DNA from: Obrimoposthia wandeli
Taxonomy: Eukaryota
Length of the DNA stretch: 64,000 nt
Direction: 5' to 3'
NCBI GenBank assembly: GCA_977020255.1
Contig: CDROCS010001688.1
Span: 1 to 64,000, forward strand
Shown: positions 31,115-40,696 of the stretch, in pieces
Position numbering within the stretch: the first letter of the stretch is position 1
Layout: every line of letters begins with the position of its first letter
Made by a program: the position numbers and the translations under genes
The notes under the pieces: generated by a model
Databases searched by the model: none
What the model was told of the DNA's origin: nothing
What the model saw: the letters and a program-made list of their open reading frames with translations, nothing else

Positions 31115-32017
31115 CTACACTGCTTCTTGTGACTGATAAAAGTAGTCTGCCAGAAAGTCTATGAATGCACGGACTCTGTAAGGCTGGTAATCATCAGCTT
31201 TATATACTGCGTACATGGGAAGACTTATCGAATGATAATTCGCTAATACACGGATCAATTTTCCATTCAATAAAAACGCCTCAATCATCCAATCTGGTAG
31301 GGCTGTTATACCGTGCCCCAACAAAGCCATTTTTAACAACATCTCGGGACTATCACTTTTAAAGATCTCTTTAACCGTAACCTTGCTGATTAACTTAGCG
31401 CTCTCTTGTAATGACCAGATGTTTGAAGGGCTGGTGAGTGAGTATGTTAGGCACTGATGAGATTTTAAATCGTCGGCAGACACTGGTATTTCTTTATCGA
31501 TGAAATAATTGGGGGAAGCAAAAAATACAGCTTTATTGTTGAATAAGAAGCGTGCTTTGTAGCCTGAATCTTCTAACACGGAGACCCGTATTGCTATGTC
31601 TATATCGCTCTTAACCAAATCGACTTGCCGATCATTTACCGATACGTTAACCATAAGCTCTGGGTGAATAGACATAAATTCACTAATTGGTTTTGCCAGT
31701 AACTTTGTTGCCATGGCACTGGGAACAGAGAGCTTAAGTTCACCTTTTACTGTGGTTAATTCGCCCTTTAAACGAGACTCGGTATAGGTCATTTCATCGA
31801 TTAATCTTTCGCTGTACCGCAGGTACTCTTTACCTTGAGCTGTCAGTTGAATTTTTCGGCTATTACGGTGAAATAGTGTGAATCCAATTCTGTTTTCGAG
31901 CCATGCTATTTTTTTGCTGACAGCACCTTGAGTGAGATTTAACTCTTCTGCTGTTGCAGTAAAGCTTCCGAGTTGAGACACACGAATAAACAGCTTTAAG
32001 CACTCATACTTGTCCAT
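31115..32017 (-). CDS. LysR family transcriptional regulator (CrgA-like)
   Basis: GSFTATAEELNLTQGAVSKKIAWLE, LFHRNSRKIQLT, DIAIR; probable start MDKYECL at 32017. Confidence 0.92.
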   Translation of the reverse strand: MDKYECLKLFIRVSQLGSFTATAEELNLTQGAVSKKIAWLENRIGFTLFHRNSRKIQLTAQGKEYLRYSERLIDEMTYTESRLKGELTTVKGELKLSVPSAMATKLLAKPISEFMSIHPELMVNVSVNDRQVDLVKSDIDIAIRVSVLEDSGYKARFLFNNKAVFFASPNYFIDKEIPVSADDLKSHQCLTYSLTSPSNIWSLQESAKLISKVTVKEIFKSDSPEMLLKMALLGHGITALPDWMIEAFLLNGKLIRVLANYHSISLPMYAVYKADDYQPYRVRAFIDFLADYFYQSQEAV

Positions 32018-32117
32018 GGCTATTCCTTGCTGGAATGGAAGGTAAGCTAAAAATAGCATTTATAAAGCTTAATCGGAATGGTTAAATTGTCTCTATTACC
32101 TTGAGAGGAGAAACACC

Positions 32118-32465
32118 ATGAAAGACGTTGTTGTGGCTATTTTGATTGTTTTTTTTATATTTGCTAGCTCGATTAAAGTGCTGGGGTGGCAGAAATTAAT
32201 TTTTGATACACAGTTAAAGTTCTTTATTAAGTATGGGCTAAACAGAACCGCGATGTTTCTTGTCGGTTTAATTGAATTAGCAGGCGCGGTATTACTGAGT
32301 TTATCTCTGATATTACCGACATTTGAGTGGTTGGTATGGTGTGGGGTAGGGCTGCTTGGTATGACGTCTGTAGGGGCACTTTTCTTTCATTTTAAATTTG
32401 ATAAGTGGCAAGACGGAATTCCTGCTTTAATGACGTTAGCATTATCTTTCTGTGTACTTTTATAA
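32118..32465 (+). CDS. DoxX family membrane protein
   Basis: FASSIK, GLIELAGA, GALFFH; about 4 TM. Confidence 0.8.
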   Translation: MKDVVVAILIVFFIFASSIKVLGWQKLIFDTQLKFFIKYGLNRTAMFLVGLIELAGAVLLSLSLILPTFEWLVWCGVGLLGMTSVGALFFHFKFDKWQDGIPALMTLALSFCVLL

Positions 32466-32603
32466 GCCGTTTCTTATTAATTTTTCACCCATCTGTTTTG
32501 TCAATCTGTGTATACAAAACTTAAAGTTAGGCAAAGTGACTTTCTTGTTTCTGCTGTTTATATACTCTATTTACAGGATATATGAATTAGATAACATAAT
32601 ATT

Positions 32604-33920
32604 ATGCTTAGAATTACACTTATAGCTGTTTTGCTCTGGCTGCCAAACCTGATTGTAGGTTGGAGTGAGATGGATAGCTTTTTCGACTGGCGACATCAGT
32701 TGATTATGCTTACAGGATTTATCAGCCTTGGATATATGAGTTTGGCTGTTCTTCTTTCTACACGATTTAGCTGGGTTGAAGCCATAGTTAGAGGGGTGGA
32801 TAAAGGGTATGCGTGGCATAAAAAACTGGGTATTGGCGCAACTATTTCACTCATTTTACACTGGGGAAGTATTAAAAGTGCGCACTGGTTTATCGATGCT
32901 GGCTGGATAGATGTACCCAATCGGGGACCAAGACCTGCGATTGAAGGTATTAATTGGCACGCGCTTGCAGAAAATGTTGGTGATGTTTCGTTTAAAGTTT
33001 TTTTGATATTCAGCTTTATCAGTCTATTACAGGCTATAAGCTATAAAAGATTTAAGTTCACTCATAAGCTGGGTGGAATTTTGATGCTTGCGGGCGTATT
33101 TCATACTGCATTTCTACTCGACTGGAACATTCAGTCTGCTGCGATGAATGTCGCTATTGCTGTGATGTCAATTGTTGGCATATGGGGAGCTGTTTGGTCA
33201 CTTACGGGTAAAATTGGTAAAAATAATAAGTCCAAAGGCAGAGTGATTAATGTTGAGCGTTTTACGCCAGAACAGAATAAAGCCATGGCGGTTCGCTTTA
33301 CTATCCAATTAGATTCCGATCTTAAATATAAGGAAGGACAGTTCTCTTATCTGAATTTTCACGATGGTGAATCGCCACACCCGTTTTCCATCCTGAACTA
33401 CGATATTGAAAGTAAACGCATTGAATTTGGCGTCAAAGATCTTGGTGATTACACTCATAAATTGGTCAATACACTGGATGCAGGCATGATGGTGACAGTT
33501 GAAGGTGGCTATGGCTACTTCCAGCTTCCTACGTTAGAACGGCAGGTTTGGGTTGGTGCTGGTATTGGTATCGTTCCTTTTATTTCAAGACTTTATTGGC
33601 TGAAATGCAACGCTGATAAACAGCAAACGACGTTAGAGAAGGTTCACCTGTTCTATTGTGTAAACAGTGAAAAGGAAGCTTTTTTCTCTAAAGAAATAGC
33701 TAAAATCATAACCCAACTGGATTTTGTTGAACTGTATATTCTGAATGCAGAGAAAGGACAGCGACTAGACAGTAAACAAATTGTTGAGATGATGGGTGAA
33801 AAGCCATTTGATGTCAGTTTCTGTGGTCCGGAGTCTTTTGGTAACGCGCTGAAATTGAATCTTGTACATTCAGGATTGCCGCAAAGTCGATTCCAAAAAG
33901 AGATTTTTAGGATGCGCTAA
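32604..33920 (+). CDS. Ferric reductase-like transmembrane domain + FAD/NAD-binding oxidoreductase
   Basis: Heme-ligand His (WHKKLG, LHW, FTHKLG, VFH); HPFSI, GDYT, EGGYG, GAGIGIVPF, CGP. Confidence 0.88.
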   Translation: MLRITLIAVLLWLPNLIVGWSEMDSFFDWRHQLIMLTGFISLGYMSLAVLLSTRFSWVEAIVRGVDKGYAWHKKLGIGATISLILHWGSIKSAHWFIDAGWIDVPNRGPRPAIEGINWHALAENVGDVSFKVFLIFSFISLLQAISYKRFKFTHKLGGILMLAGVFHTAFLLDWNIQSAAMNVAIAVMSIVGIWGAVWSLTGKIGKNNKSKGRVINVERFTPEQNKAMAVRFTIQLDSDLKYKEGQFSYLNFHDGESPHPFSILNYDIESKRIEFGVKDLGDYTHKLVNTLDAGMMVTVEGGYGYFQLPTLERQVWVGAGIGIVPFISRLYWLKCNADKQQTTLEKVHLFYCVNSEKEAFFSKEIAKIITQLDFVELYILNAEKGQRLDSKQIVEMMGEKPFDVSFCGPESFGNALKLNLVHSGLPQSRFQKEIFRMR

Positions 33921-34138
33921 TGTATGGATCAAGAATATAGTTTTAAACATGCTCTTTTGACATTGAACGGCTGAAGGTCAGTAATGTATTGGGTATTGGT
34001 TTTTGGCTATGCAGCACAAGTTGACGCCTTATTTAGTATTGTTTATCGGGTGTTGTTATAGTGTTGGTATGTATCAATTATTTAAGATTAAAGCGTAGCG
34101 TGAGTATGTGTTATGCCATACAAGGAAGGTGAGACGTC

Positions 34139-34609
34139 ATGATAAAAATTGAAAAGTTATCAGAGAAATATATTGAACAAGCCTTAGCACTCAAGGTGTC
34201 AGATGAACAGTTGAAGTTTGTTGGAACTGTTCAAGAAATCTTCGATAATACGCCAGAAACAGGGCATAAGCATATCGTATTAGTTGGTGATGAAGTCGTC
34301 GGTTTTTTTTTGATGGATACTGTTTATTCAGTTAGTTATGATTTTTGTTGTAAAGAATCGTTGGGTTTAAGAGCGTTTTTTATCGATAGTCGACATCAAG
34401 GTAAAGGTTATGGCAAATCATCTGTTGCTGCTCTTAAGCCATATATTCAACAGGCTTATTCTCAATACAACAAAATATATCTGACGGTTAACTGTAAGAA
34501 TCCTTCGGCTTATCGATGTTACTTAAAAAATGGGTTTACAGATACTGATGAATTGTACCTTGGTGGGGCTGCTGGGGCGCAGTATATAATGCTGATGGAA
34601 ATTCCTTAA
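34139..34609 (+). CDS. GNAT family N-acetyltransferase
   Basis: FFIDSRHQGKGYG acetyl-CoA motif, N..AYRCY..NGF. Confidence 0.9.
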   Translation: MIKIEKLSEKYIEQALALKVSDEQLKFVGTVQEIFDNTPETGHKHIVLVGDEVVGFFLMDTVYSVSYDFCCKESLGLRAFFIDSRHQGKGYGKSSVAALKPYIQQAYSQYNKIYLTVNCKNPSAYRCYLKNGFTDTDELYLGGAAGAQYIMLMEIP

Positions 34610-34704
34610 GAAAATAAAAGTATGATTTAAATCAATAGTATGCACTTGCTAAATGCGCTTCACAGCCATTAGAATACACTTCTTATTTGATGGTAGGTGT
34701 CACG

Positions 34705-35406
34705 ATGAAAGGGTTAATGTATTCAAAGTTTGCTCATGACTATGATGCTGCAATACAGCATAATATTTATAATGCGCATTTAGAGCGACCATCATTGCAA
34801 GCCATGCTGCCTAACTTAACAAATAAGCATGTTTTAGATTTAGGTTGTGGTAGTGGTGTTTACGCAAAATTCTTGTTAGAAAATAGCGCTAAAGTAACTG
34901 CAATTGATGCTTCACCTGAAATGATTGATATTGTGAATGCGAAGTTTGGGCATAAACTAACAGCGTATACTCAAGACTTATCGTTAGGTTTACCTAGTGA
35001 GAAAAGCGATACCTATGATGTTGTCATTTGTCCTCTTACTATTCATTATATTGAAGACCTTTCTTTATTATTCAACGATATTAAGCGAGTACTAAAAAGT
35101 GGTGGTTGCTTTGTGTTTTCAACACATCATCCGCTTGTTGATATTGAATCTTCTCTTTCTGGTGATTATTTTGAGCGAGAATTGGTAACGGAAGTTTGGA
35201 ATACAATCGGTGAGCCCGTAGAAGTTAAATTCTATCGTCGCTCTTTGACTGAGCTTTTCAATTTTATATCACAAGCTAATTTATGTGTGGTTAAACTGTC
35301 AGAAGGGAAGCCATCAGATGCAATGAAAGAAATTTCACTTGAACGTTATAACCACCTAAGTAAAAAACCTAATTTTATCTTTATCAAATGTCGAGCAATT
35401 GCTTAA
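34705..35406 (+). CDS. Class I SAM-dependent methyltransferase
   Basis: VLDLGCGSG, IDASPEM, RVLKSGG; start uncertain (34687/34705/34717). Confidence 0.9.
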   Translation: MKGLMYSKFAHDYDAAIQHNIYNAHLERPSLQAMLPNLTNKHVLDLGCGSGVYAKFLLENSAKVTAIDASPEMIDIVNAKFGHKLTAYTQDLSLGLPSEKSDTYDVVICPLTIHYIEDLSLLFNDIKRVLKSGGCFVFSTHHPLVDIESSLSGDYFERELVTEVWNTIGEPVEVKFYRRSLTELFNFISQANLCVVKLSEGKPSDAMKEISLERYNHLSKKPNFIFIKCRAIA

Positions 35407-35517
35407 CAAGCAACTCCCTAACTTGATGATGATTTTCAGGTGTTTAATCTCACATGAATATATACTGAATGCATAACATGTTAATGATTATAAAAATTTA
35501 ATATTGAGAGGAATACG

Positions 35518-36078
35518 ATGAATAATCCAATCAGCAATATAATGGCGCGCGGCTGGAAATGGTTTGTAATTGTGGGTGCTGTTATCGCACTTGCCGGCCT
35601 TGGTGCTATCAGTATACCCGTGGCGGTTGGAGTTACTATCACCTCGATCATCGGGATTACTTTTCTGGTGAGTGGACTCGTACAGGCATATCACACCTTC
35701 ACTATTCCTGAATGGCGTATCAAACTGTGGTACGTACTCAGTGCTGTGCTGTATATTGTTGGTGGATTATTTATCTTATTTAAGCCGTTAGCGGGGTTGG
35801 TGACAATTACCATGTTGATGGTGATTACCATGATTTTCAATGGTGCCACACGAATTATCTTCGGTATGAGTAATAAAAACCTTGGGGGCTGGACGTTGAT
35901 TGTACTCAGTGGTGTAATATCAACAGCGATTGGTTTGTACTTTTTTTCTATGCTGAATGACCCAACGTTCTCGATGTCATTATTGGGTATCTTTGTTGGT
36001 ATTTCTCTGCTTTTTGAAGGTATAAGCTTTGTGTTTTTGGGGCTACAAATGAAAAAAGTAGCACAACAAGTACAATAA
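35518..36078 (+). CDS. HdeD (DUF308) family membrane protein
   Basis: About 6 TM with repeated G-rich helices, WFVIVG, LGIFVGISLLFEG. Confidence 0.85.
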   Translation: MNNPISNIMARGWKWFVIVGAVIALAGLGAISIPVAVGVTITSIIGITFLVSGLVQAYHTFTIPEWRIKLWYVLSAVLYIVGGLFILFKPLAGLVTITMLMVITMIFNGATRIIFGMSNKNLGGWTLIVLSGVISTAIGLYFFSMLNDPTFSMSLLGIFVGISLLFEGISFVFLGLQMKKVAQQVQ

Positions 36079-36148
36079 AAGAATACATATAAGGGAAGAA
36101 GGCTGTTAGGTCTCTTCCTACTCATTTTTATATTAAAGAGTATCGTAC

Positions 36149-36550
36149 GTGTTAAAGGAAATTGATAAGTTAGCTTGGTTGTATATAAAAGATAAACAAG
36201 TCCTAATGGCTCGCTCTAAGGGTAAAGATATTTATTATCTTCCCGGAGGAAAGAGAGAGCTTGGTGAAAGTGATGAAGAAGCACTGGTAAGAGAAATACA
36301 CGAGGAGCTTTCAGTCGGGCTTACTCCAGACACTATCGAGTACTTTAATACATTCAAAGCCCAAGCGGATGGAAAAGCGGAAGGTGTTATTGTGAAAATG
36401 ACATGCTATCAAGCTGAATACACAGGTGAAATTGTGGCTGCATCTGAAATTGAAGAGGTGAGTTGGGTTAATTATAAAGATAAACATAAAGGATCTGCAG
36501 CGACAAAGCTTATTCTTGAACATTTAAAGGAAAATGATTGGATTGATTAA
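36149..36550 (+). CDS. NUDIX hydrolase
   Basis: Nudix box PGGKRELGESDEEALVREIHEELSV. Confidence 0.92.
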   Translation: MLKEIDKLAWLYIKDKQVLMARSKGKDIYYLPGGKRELGESDEEALVREIHEELSVGLTPDTIEYFNTFKAQADGKAEGVIVKMTCYQAEYTGEIVAASEIEEVSWVNYKDKHKGSAATKLILEHLKENDWID

Positions 36551-36678
36551 TCAGATGGATATTGATTACAAGGTATTTAAACTGCAAGATAGCAAAACTT
36601 ACAGAGGCATTAGGTTAATGAGTTTAAAGCTGTATTCTGCTATGCGGGTCAAGTAAATTGGTGGGGTTATTCAGAATG

Positions 36679-37308
36679 TTAGAGATTAACAGCGTAAAAG
36701 GCAGTTAAAAGAATGTATTTGTGAACTGTTTTATTATTGGCATGGCGCTTTAATGGATGATGAAGTTGCATTAGTCCATTAGTTAGCACAACACATTCAT
36801 TAATCGCAACAGGTAGCGTGTTCGACGCCTCTAACAATTTAATGCCATCGTGATAATAGTCGTCTAGATTTTCTGGTAGTTGCCCTAACCACCAAGACGG
36901 TATTTCTTTACTTGCTTTACTGCGATCGAACCAATGGTCGGCAACAAGTAGAAGATAATTGGTCGTGTTCTTATCAAAGCATTCGGAAACATTCTTTACT
37001 GTGTGCACTAACGCGTCACGCCGAGCGATATTTGCGCTTAATAAGTGATGAGCGATAACCCAAACCGTAAATTCATTGGTTTTGATATTATATATTGGTT
37101 GAGGCAGTGCATTTTCATCATCTATTTGAGTTAATAGTGGCATTATGTCTGCCTGCTGAAAAGTTGACATTATTCTTCGGCATAGCGCTTTTCCTAAGTG
37201 ATTTTCACGCATGCCACGATTGTGAACTGTCGGGTAATGCTGTGCACAGAGTTGTAAGCAATCCTCTTGGAATTGTTGAATACTGACAGTAATAAGATCA
37301 CTAACCAA
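36679..37308 (-). CDS. Hypothetical protein
   Basis: 209-aa clean ORF; no motif recognised. Confidence 0.65.
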   Translation of the reverse strand: MVSDLITVSIQQFQEDCLQLCAQHYPTVHNRGMRENHLGKALCRRIMSTFQQADIMPLLTQIDDENALPQPIYNIKTNEFTVWVIAHHLLSANIARRDALVHTVKNVSECFDKNTTNYLLLVADHWFDRSKASKEIPSWWLGQLPENLDDYYHDGIKLLEASNTLPVAINECVVLTNGLMQLHHPLKRHANNKTVHKYILLTAFYAVNL

Positions 37309-37561
37309 GAAATGCTCGCCTTAAAAAATAGTGAAGTGCAACAAGTGATCAAACCATCGACTACGGGTGTAATCTTGATTTTACATCGATAAAACGTATA
37401 AAGATAATATGACATCCTACCAAAAAGTACAGAGTTGATCGTAGATCAACCCTATAAATTACAAGTATTTGACGGTGTAGAATAGGTAAAAAGGGGAGTA
37501 AGCAAAAAGCTCGACTGTTTTACAATCGAGTTTTACATATATAGCGGTTTTGTTGCTAGTA

Positions 37562-38203
37562 CTATGCTTGTTGGTTTTTGTTACCCGATAGCAGTCGTTT
37601 AGAAGAAGGCGGCAACCACTTTTTAAACGTTTTCCATCGAAAGCTAAGCAGTGTTATCGCGATTAAAATATAAATACCTGGCTCAACAATGCCTGATTTT
37701 ACTGACCAATAATAATGAATAGGTGCTAATAGCAATGCGAGATATACCCAGTTATGCAGCTTCTGCCAGCGTCGACCTAACCGACGTTGCATGCCTTGGG
37801 TGGAAGTGATGGCCAGGGATGCCAAAATGATCCAACTGATTGCGCCAAGTGTGAGATAAGGACGAGAAACAATTTCACTGCCTAATAATTGCCAATCTAA
37901 ACCAAGATCTAAAATTAGGTAACCGCTTAAATGCAGTGCAGCCCAAAAGAAACTATACATCCCGACTAAACGACGAACTCTGACTAATGCACCTTGCTTG
38001 AAATAACGCGCAAGCGGTGAAAGTAATAGCGTTATCATTAAGGTGTTCAAGGCTGCTTTACCTGTAAAGTGGCTGATACCTTGAATAGGATCAGCCCCTA
38101 AATTACCCGCCAGCGTTTGACCAACAAGCAGAAGCAAAAAGCCAAGTGATACGATATGAATGACAACCTTTAGCCAAAATATATGTCGTGGGGATAGTTT
38201 CAT
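37562..38203 (-). CDS. msrQ: Methionine sulfoxide reductase heme-binding subunit
   Basis: GADPI...HFTG, RRLVGMYSFFWAALH, WQKLHNWVY, HYYW. Confidence 0.95.
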   Translation of the reverse strand: MKLSPRHIFWLKVVIHIVSLGFLLLLVGQTLAGNLGADPIQGISHFTGKAALNTLMITLLLSPLARYFKQGALVRVRRLVGMYSFFWAALHLSGYLILDLGLDWQLLGSEIVSRPYLTLGAISWIILASLAITSTQGMQRRLGRRWQKLHNWVYLALLLAPIHYYWSVKSGIVEPGIYILIAITLLSFRWKTFKKWLPPSSKRLLSGNKNQQA

Positions 38204-39225
38204 TAATATTGTTTCCTTAAGTCCATGCCTTTGTACAAATGGCCGACTTCTTTTTCATAACCATTAAACATTAATGTTGGCTGTCGACGGCTACTAAATA
38301 GGTTACCTTCACCAATGAATCGTTCACTAGCTTGACTCCAGCGAGGGTGGTCAACTTGTGGGTTCACATTGGCATAGAAGCCATATTCACCCGCGGCTAA
38401 ACGGTTCCACGTTGTTGGTGGTTCTTTGTCGGTTAATGTAATTCGCACAATTGATTTAATGCTTTTAAAACCGTACTTCCACGGCACAACTAAACGAAGT
38501 GGTGCGCCATTTTGTGGTGCTAGTGTTTTACCGTACAAACCAACTGAAATCAGCGCTAGTGGGTTCATCGCTTCATCTAAACGTAATCCTTCAACGTAGG
38601 GATAGTCAATGCCGCCACCAATGCGACGAGAGGCCTGTCCTGGCATTTGCTCTGGGTCAAACAAGGTTTCGAAGGCTACATATTTAGCACTGCTTTTAGG
38701 ATCTGCCATTTTAATTAAATCAGCGAGTGAAAAACCAATCCAAGGCACATTCATTGACCATGCTTCCACACAGCGTAAACGGTAGATGCGTTCTTCCAGT
38801 GTGAATTTTTTTAAAATATCGTCGTAGCCTAACGTAATGTTTTTGTTAACGAGTCCGTCTATTTTTACTGTCCATGGGTCTGTTTTGAAGTTCGCGGCTA
38901 AACGTGCAGGGTCAGACTTCTCGGTGCCAAATTCGTAAAAATTGTTGTATTGCAATATTTTATCTTCGGGGGTCAGTGATAAATCAGGGTGATATTTAGC
39001 TGATGGTGTCGTGATTAGTGATTGTCGTAAATCAACGGAAGGCGTTGGCTTATCATCAGTAAATAAATCAAAAATACCAGCTTGTGCATTAGAGGCCAGC
39101 GGCATACCGACAACAGCAATCCCAAGCTTCTTTAAGATATCACGACGCTGCTTATAGACTGACTCAGGCGTCGCTTCGTTTTCATTGAGTGTCCAGCGAT
39201 TCGTTTTTTTGATTAGCATACTCAT
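38203..39225 (-). CDS. msrP: Periplasmic methionine sulfoxide reductase catalytic subunit (molybdoenzyme)
   Basis: Tat motif RRDILK; [37 protein letters not shown]. Confidence 0.97.
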   Translation of the reverse strand: MSMLIKKTNRWTLNENEATPESVYKQRRDILKKLGIAVVGMPLASNAQAGIFDLFTDDKPTPSVDLRQSLITTPSAKYHPDLSLTPEDKILQYNNFYEFGTEKSDPARLAANFKTDPWTVKIDGLVNKNITLGYDDILKKFTLEERIYRLRCVEAWSMNVPWIGFSLADLIKMADPKSSAKYVAFETLFDPEQMPGQASRRIGGGIDYPYVEGLRLDEAMNPLALISVGLYGKTLAPQNGAPLRLVVPWKYGFKSIKSIVRITLTDKEPPTTWNRLAAGEYGFYANVNPQVDHPRWSQASERFIGEGNLFSSRRQPTLMFNGYEKEVGHLYKGMDLRKQY

Positions 39226-39525
39226 CCTTAATATGTCGTCGTCATGTTTTTGAACGTTATTTTTATGTTTTCAAACATGGTCAATTGTGCAATTGAAAGT
39301 ATATGAACTGCAGTATAAGACCTGAGTCGTAGCTGATAAATTTCAACATTCTTGATTTTTTTCTATGAATTCAAAAATAAAATAGGTATTTTGCTTCTCG
39401 CACAGGCAGTGCTTACATTAAAAACACAGATAAGCACGTATTATTCAAACCGATAATCATGAAATTTAAAGGATTAAAATGATGATTAAGGTACGGATAA
39501 AAACAGTGTAAGGATCAAATCAGGA

Positions 39526-39939
39526 ATGATTAAAAAAGTAGTATTAGCGTCTTCGTTGTTGTTTACAACATTTCATGCATCAGCAACTGCGCCATTGAGT
39601 GCCGGAGTTTTCCTCGGTAGCCCAACATCAGGTATTACAGCAAAATACCAAGATGATTATAAATTTGCCGTTGGTTTAGACACTTTTAGCGTTTCGGCTG
39701 ACGCTATGTGGAATTTAGGTGAGATTACAGCACGAACTGAGTATTCACCTTTGTATACCTTTGTAGGGTTACAGTGGGTAGATGACAGTGAACAGAAGTG
39801 GGGCCCAAGAGCAGGGCTGGGGTTAGAAGTACCATTCCTCTACTTCCACCTTTATGCTGAAGCGGGTACAACGTGGTATGTAGACAACGATTCGAGCATA
39901 GAGCTTGAAGGTGCTGCCGGTGTACGTTTTAACCTGTAG
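39526..39939 (+). CDS. Small outer-membrane beta-barrel protein (hypothetical)
   Basis: Signal peptide, alternating strands, C-terminal GVRFNL. Confidence 0.72.
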   Translation: MIKKVVLASSLLFTTFHASATAPLSAGVFLGSPTSGITAKYQDDYKFAVGLDTFSVSADAMWNLGEITARTEYSPLYTFVGLQWVDDSEQKWGPRAGLGLEVPFLYFHLYAEAGTTWYVDNDSSIELEGAAGVRFNL

Positions 39940-40045
39940 GCTTAGTCGTAAATACCAATCTAAATAAGTATCTGTTCATTCTTACTGATTAAAATCGCGA
40001 CCATTCAGTTGGTCGCGTATTTCTTGCAGTAAATCTGCATGTTTT

Positions 40046-40555
40046 TTGAACAATCAAAATAAGTTAGCGATGATCAATCAGTTCCATATCAATATAGAGC
40101 TTCAGCATATCTACTTAGAAGTGCATGCAGAGCGTTTTCATTATTTGCGTAGTTTTTTAGAATCTTATTATTGCTATCAACATAACCTTGTTACTAAGCA
40201 AGGGAAATCGGATTGGGAAGGTATTTTTCGACACGCACAACGTTCGAAAGCTGCGAGTCACATTTCAAATAGAAAGTTACTTGTTCGCGAAATGACGTTA
40301 CCTTTACCTGTTTTAATCGGTATGTTGAAAGTGCTAGTGAGAGATGATGAAGCGTCAATTGAGAATATTCAGCAATTACTTGATGCGCATTTAAGTTACG
40401 TGGTTATCACCCGAGAAGAACATCTGACGCTAAAAAAAGAGGGTTTACTTGAACGTATGCCATCTACGTATTATCAAGAAAGTAGTACCGACTACCATTT
40501 AGCATCATCGCGGTTTTCAACTGCTGACATTGCTTTACTTATTACGGTGAGCTAA
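40046..40555 (+). CDS. Hypothetical protein
   Basis: Clean 169-aa ORF (TTG start); VITREEH...GL..MP pattern. Confidence 0.65.
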   Translation: MNNQNKLAMINQFHINIELQHIYLEVHAERFHYLRSFLESYYCYQHNLVTKQGKSDWEGIFRHAQRSKAASHISNRKLLVREMTLPLPVLIGMLKVLVRDDEASIENIQQLLDAHLSYVVITREEHLTLKKEGLLERMPSTYYQESSTDYHLASSRFSTADIALLITVS

Positions 40556-40629
40556 ATCACATAAACAATACTTAGGTGCGACTATTGCCGTGTCTGTTTA
40601 CATCTCTTAACAAAATAGCAATTTATTGA

Positions 40630-40676
40630 TTGACCTCATTATCCGTACTTATTATTCTAGCGCACACATGTACGCT
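40630..40676 (+). promoter_or_regulatory. Sigma70 promoter with an adjacent FabR-like operator
   Basis: TTGACC, 17 bp, TATTCT, then AGCGCACACATGTACGCT (40659-40676) resembling the FabR palindrome AGCGTACA-NN-TGTACGCT. Confidence 0.7.
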
Positions 40677-40696
40677 CAATTAAAAAGGCTGAAAGG

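Noticed and set aside
32582-32603. Upstream ATG with an SD before the ferric reductase gene
   Set aside because: Out of frame with immediate stops; insufficient evidence for a frameshifted N-terminus.
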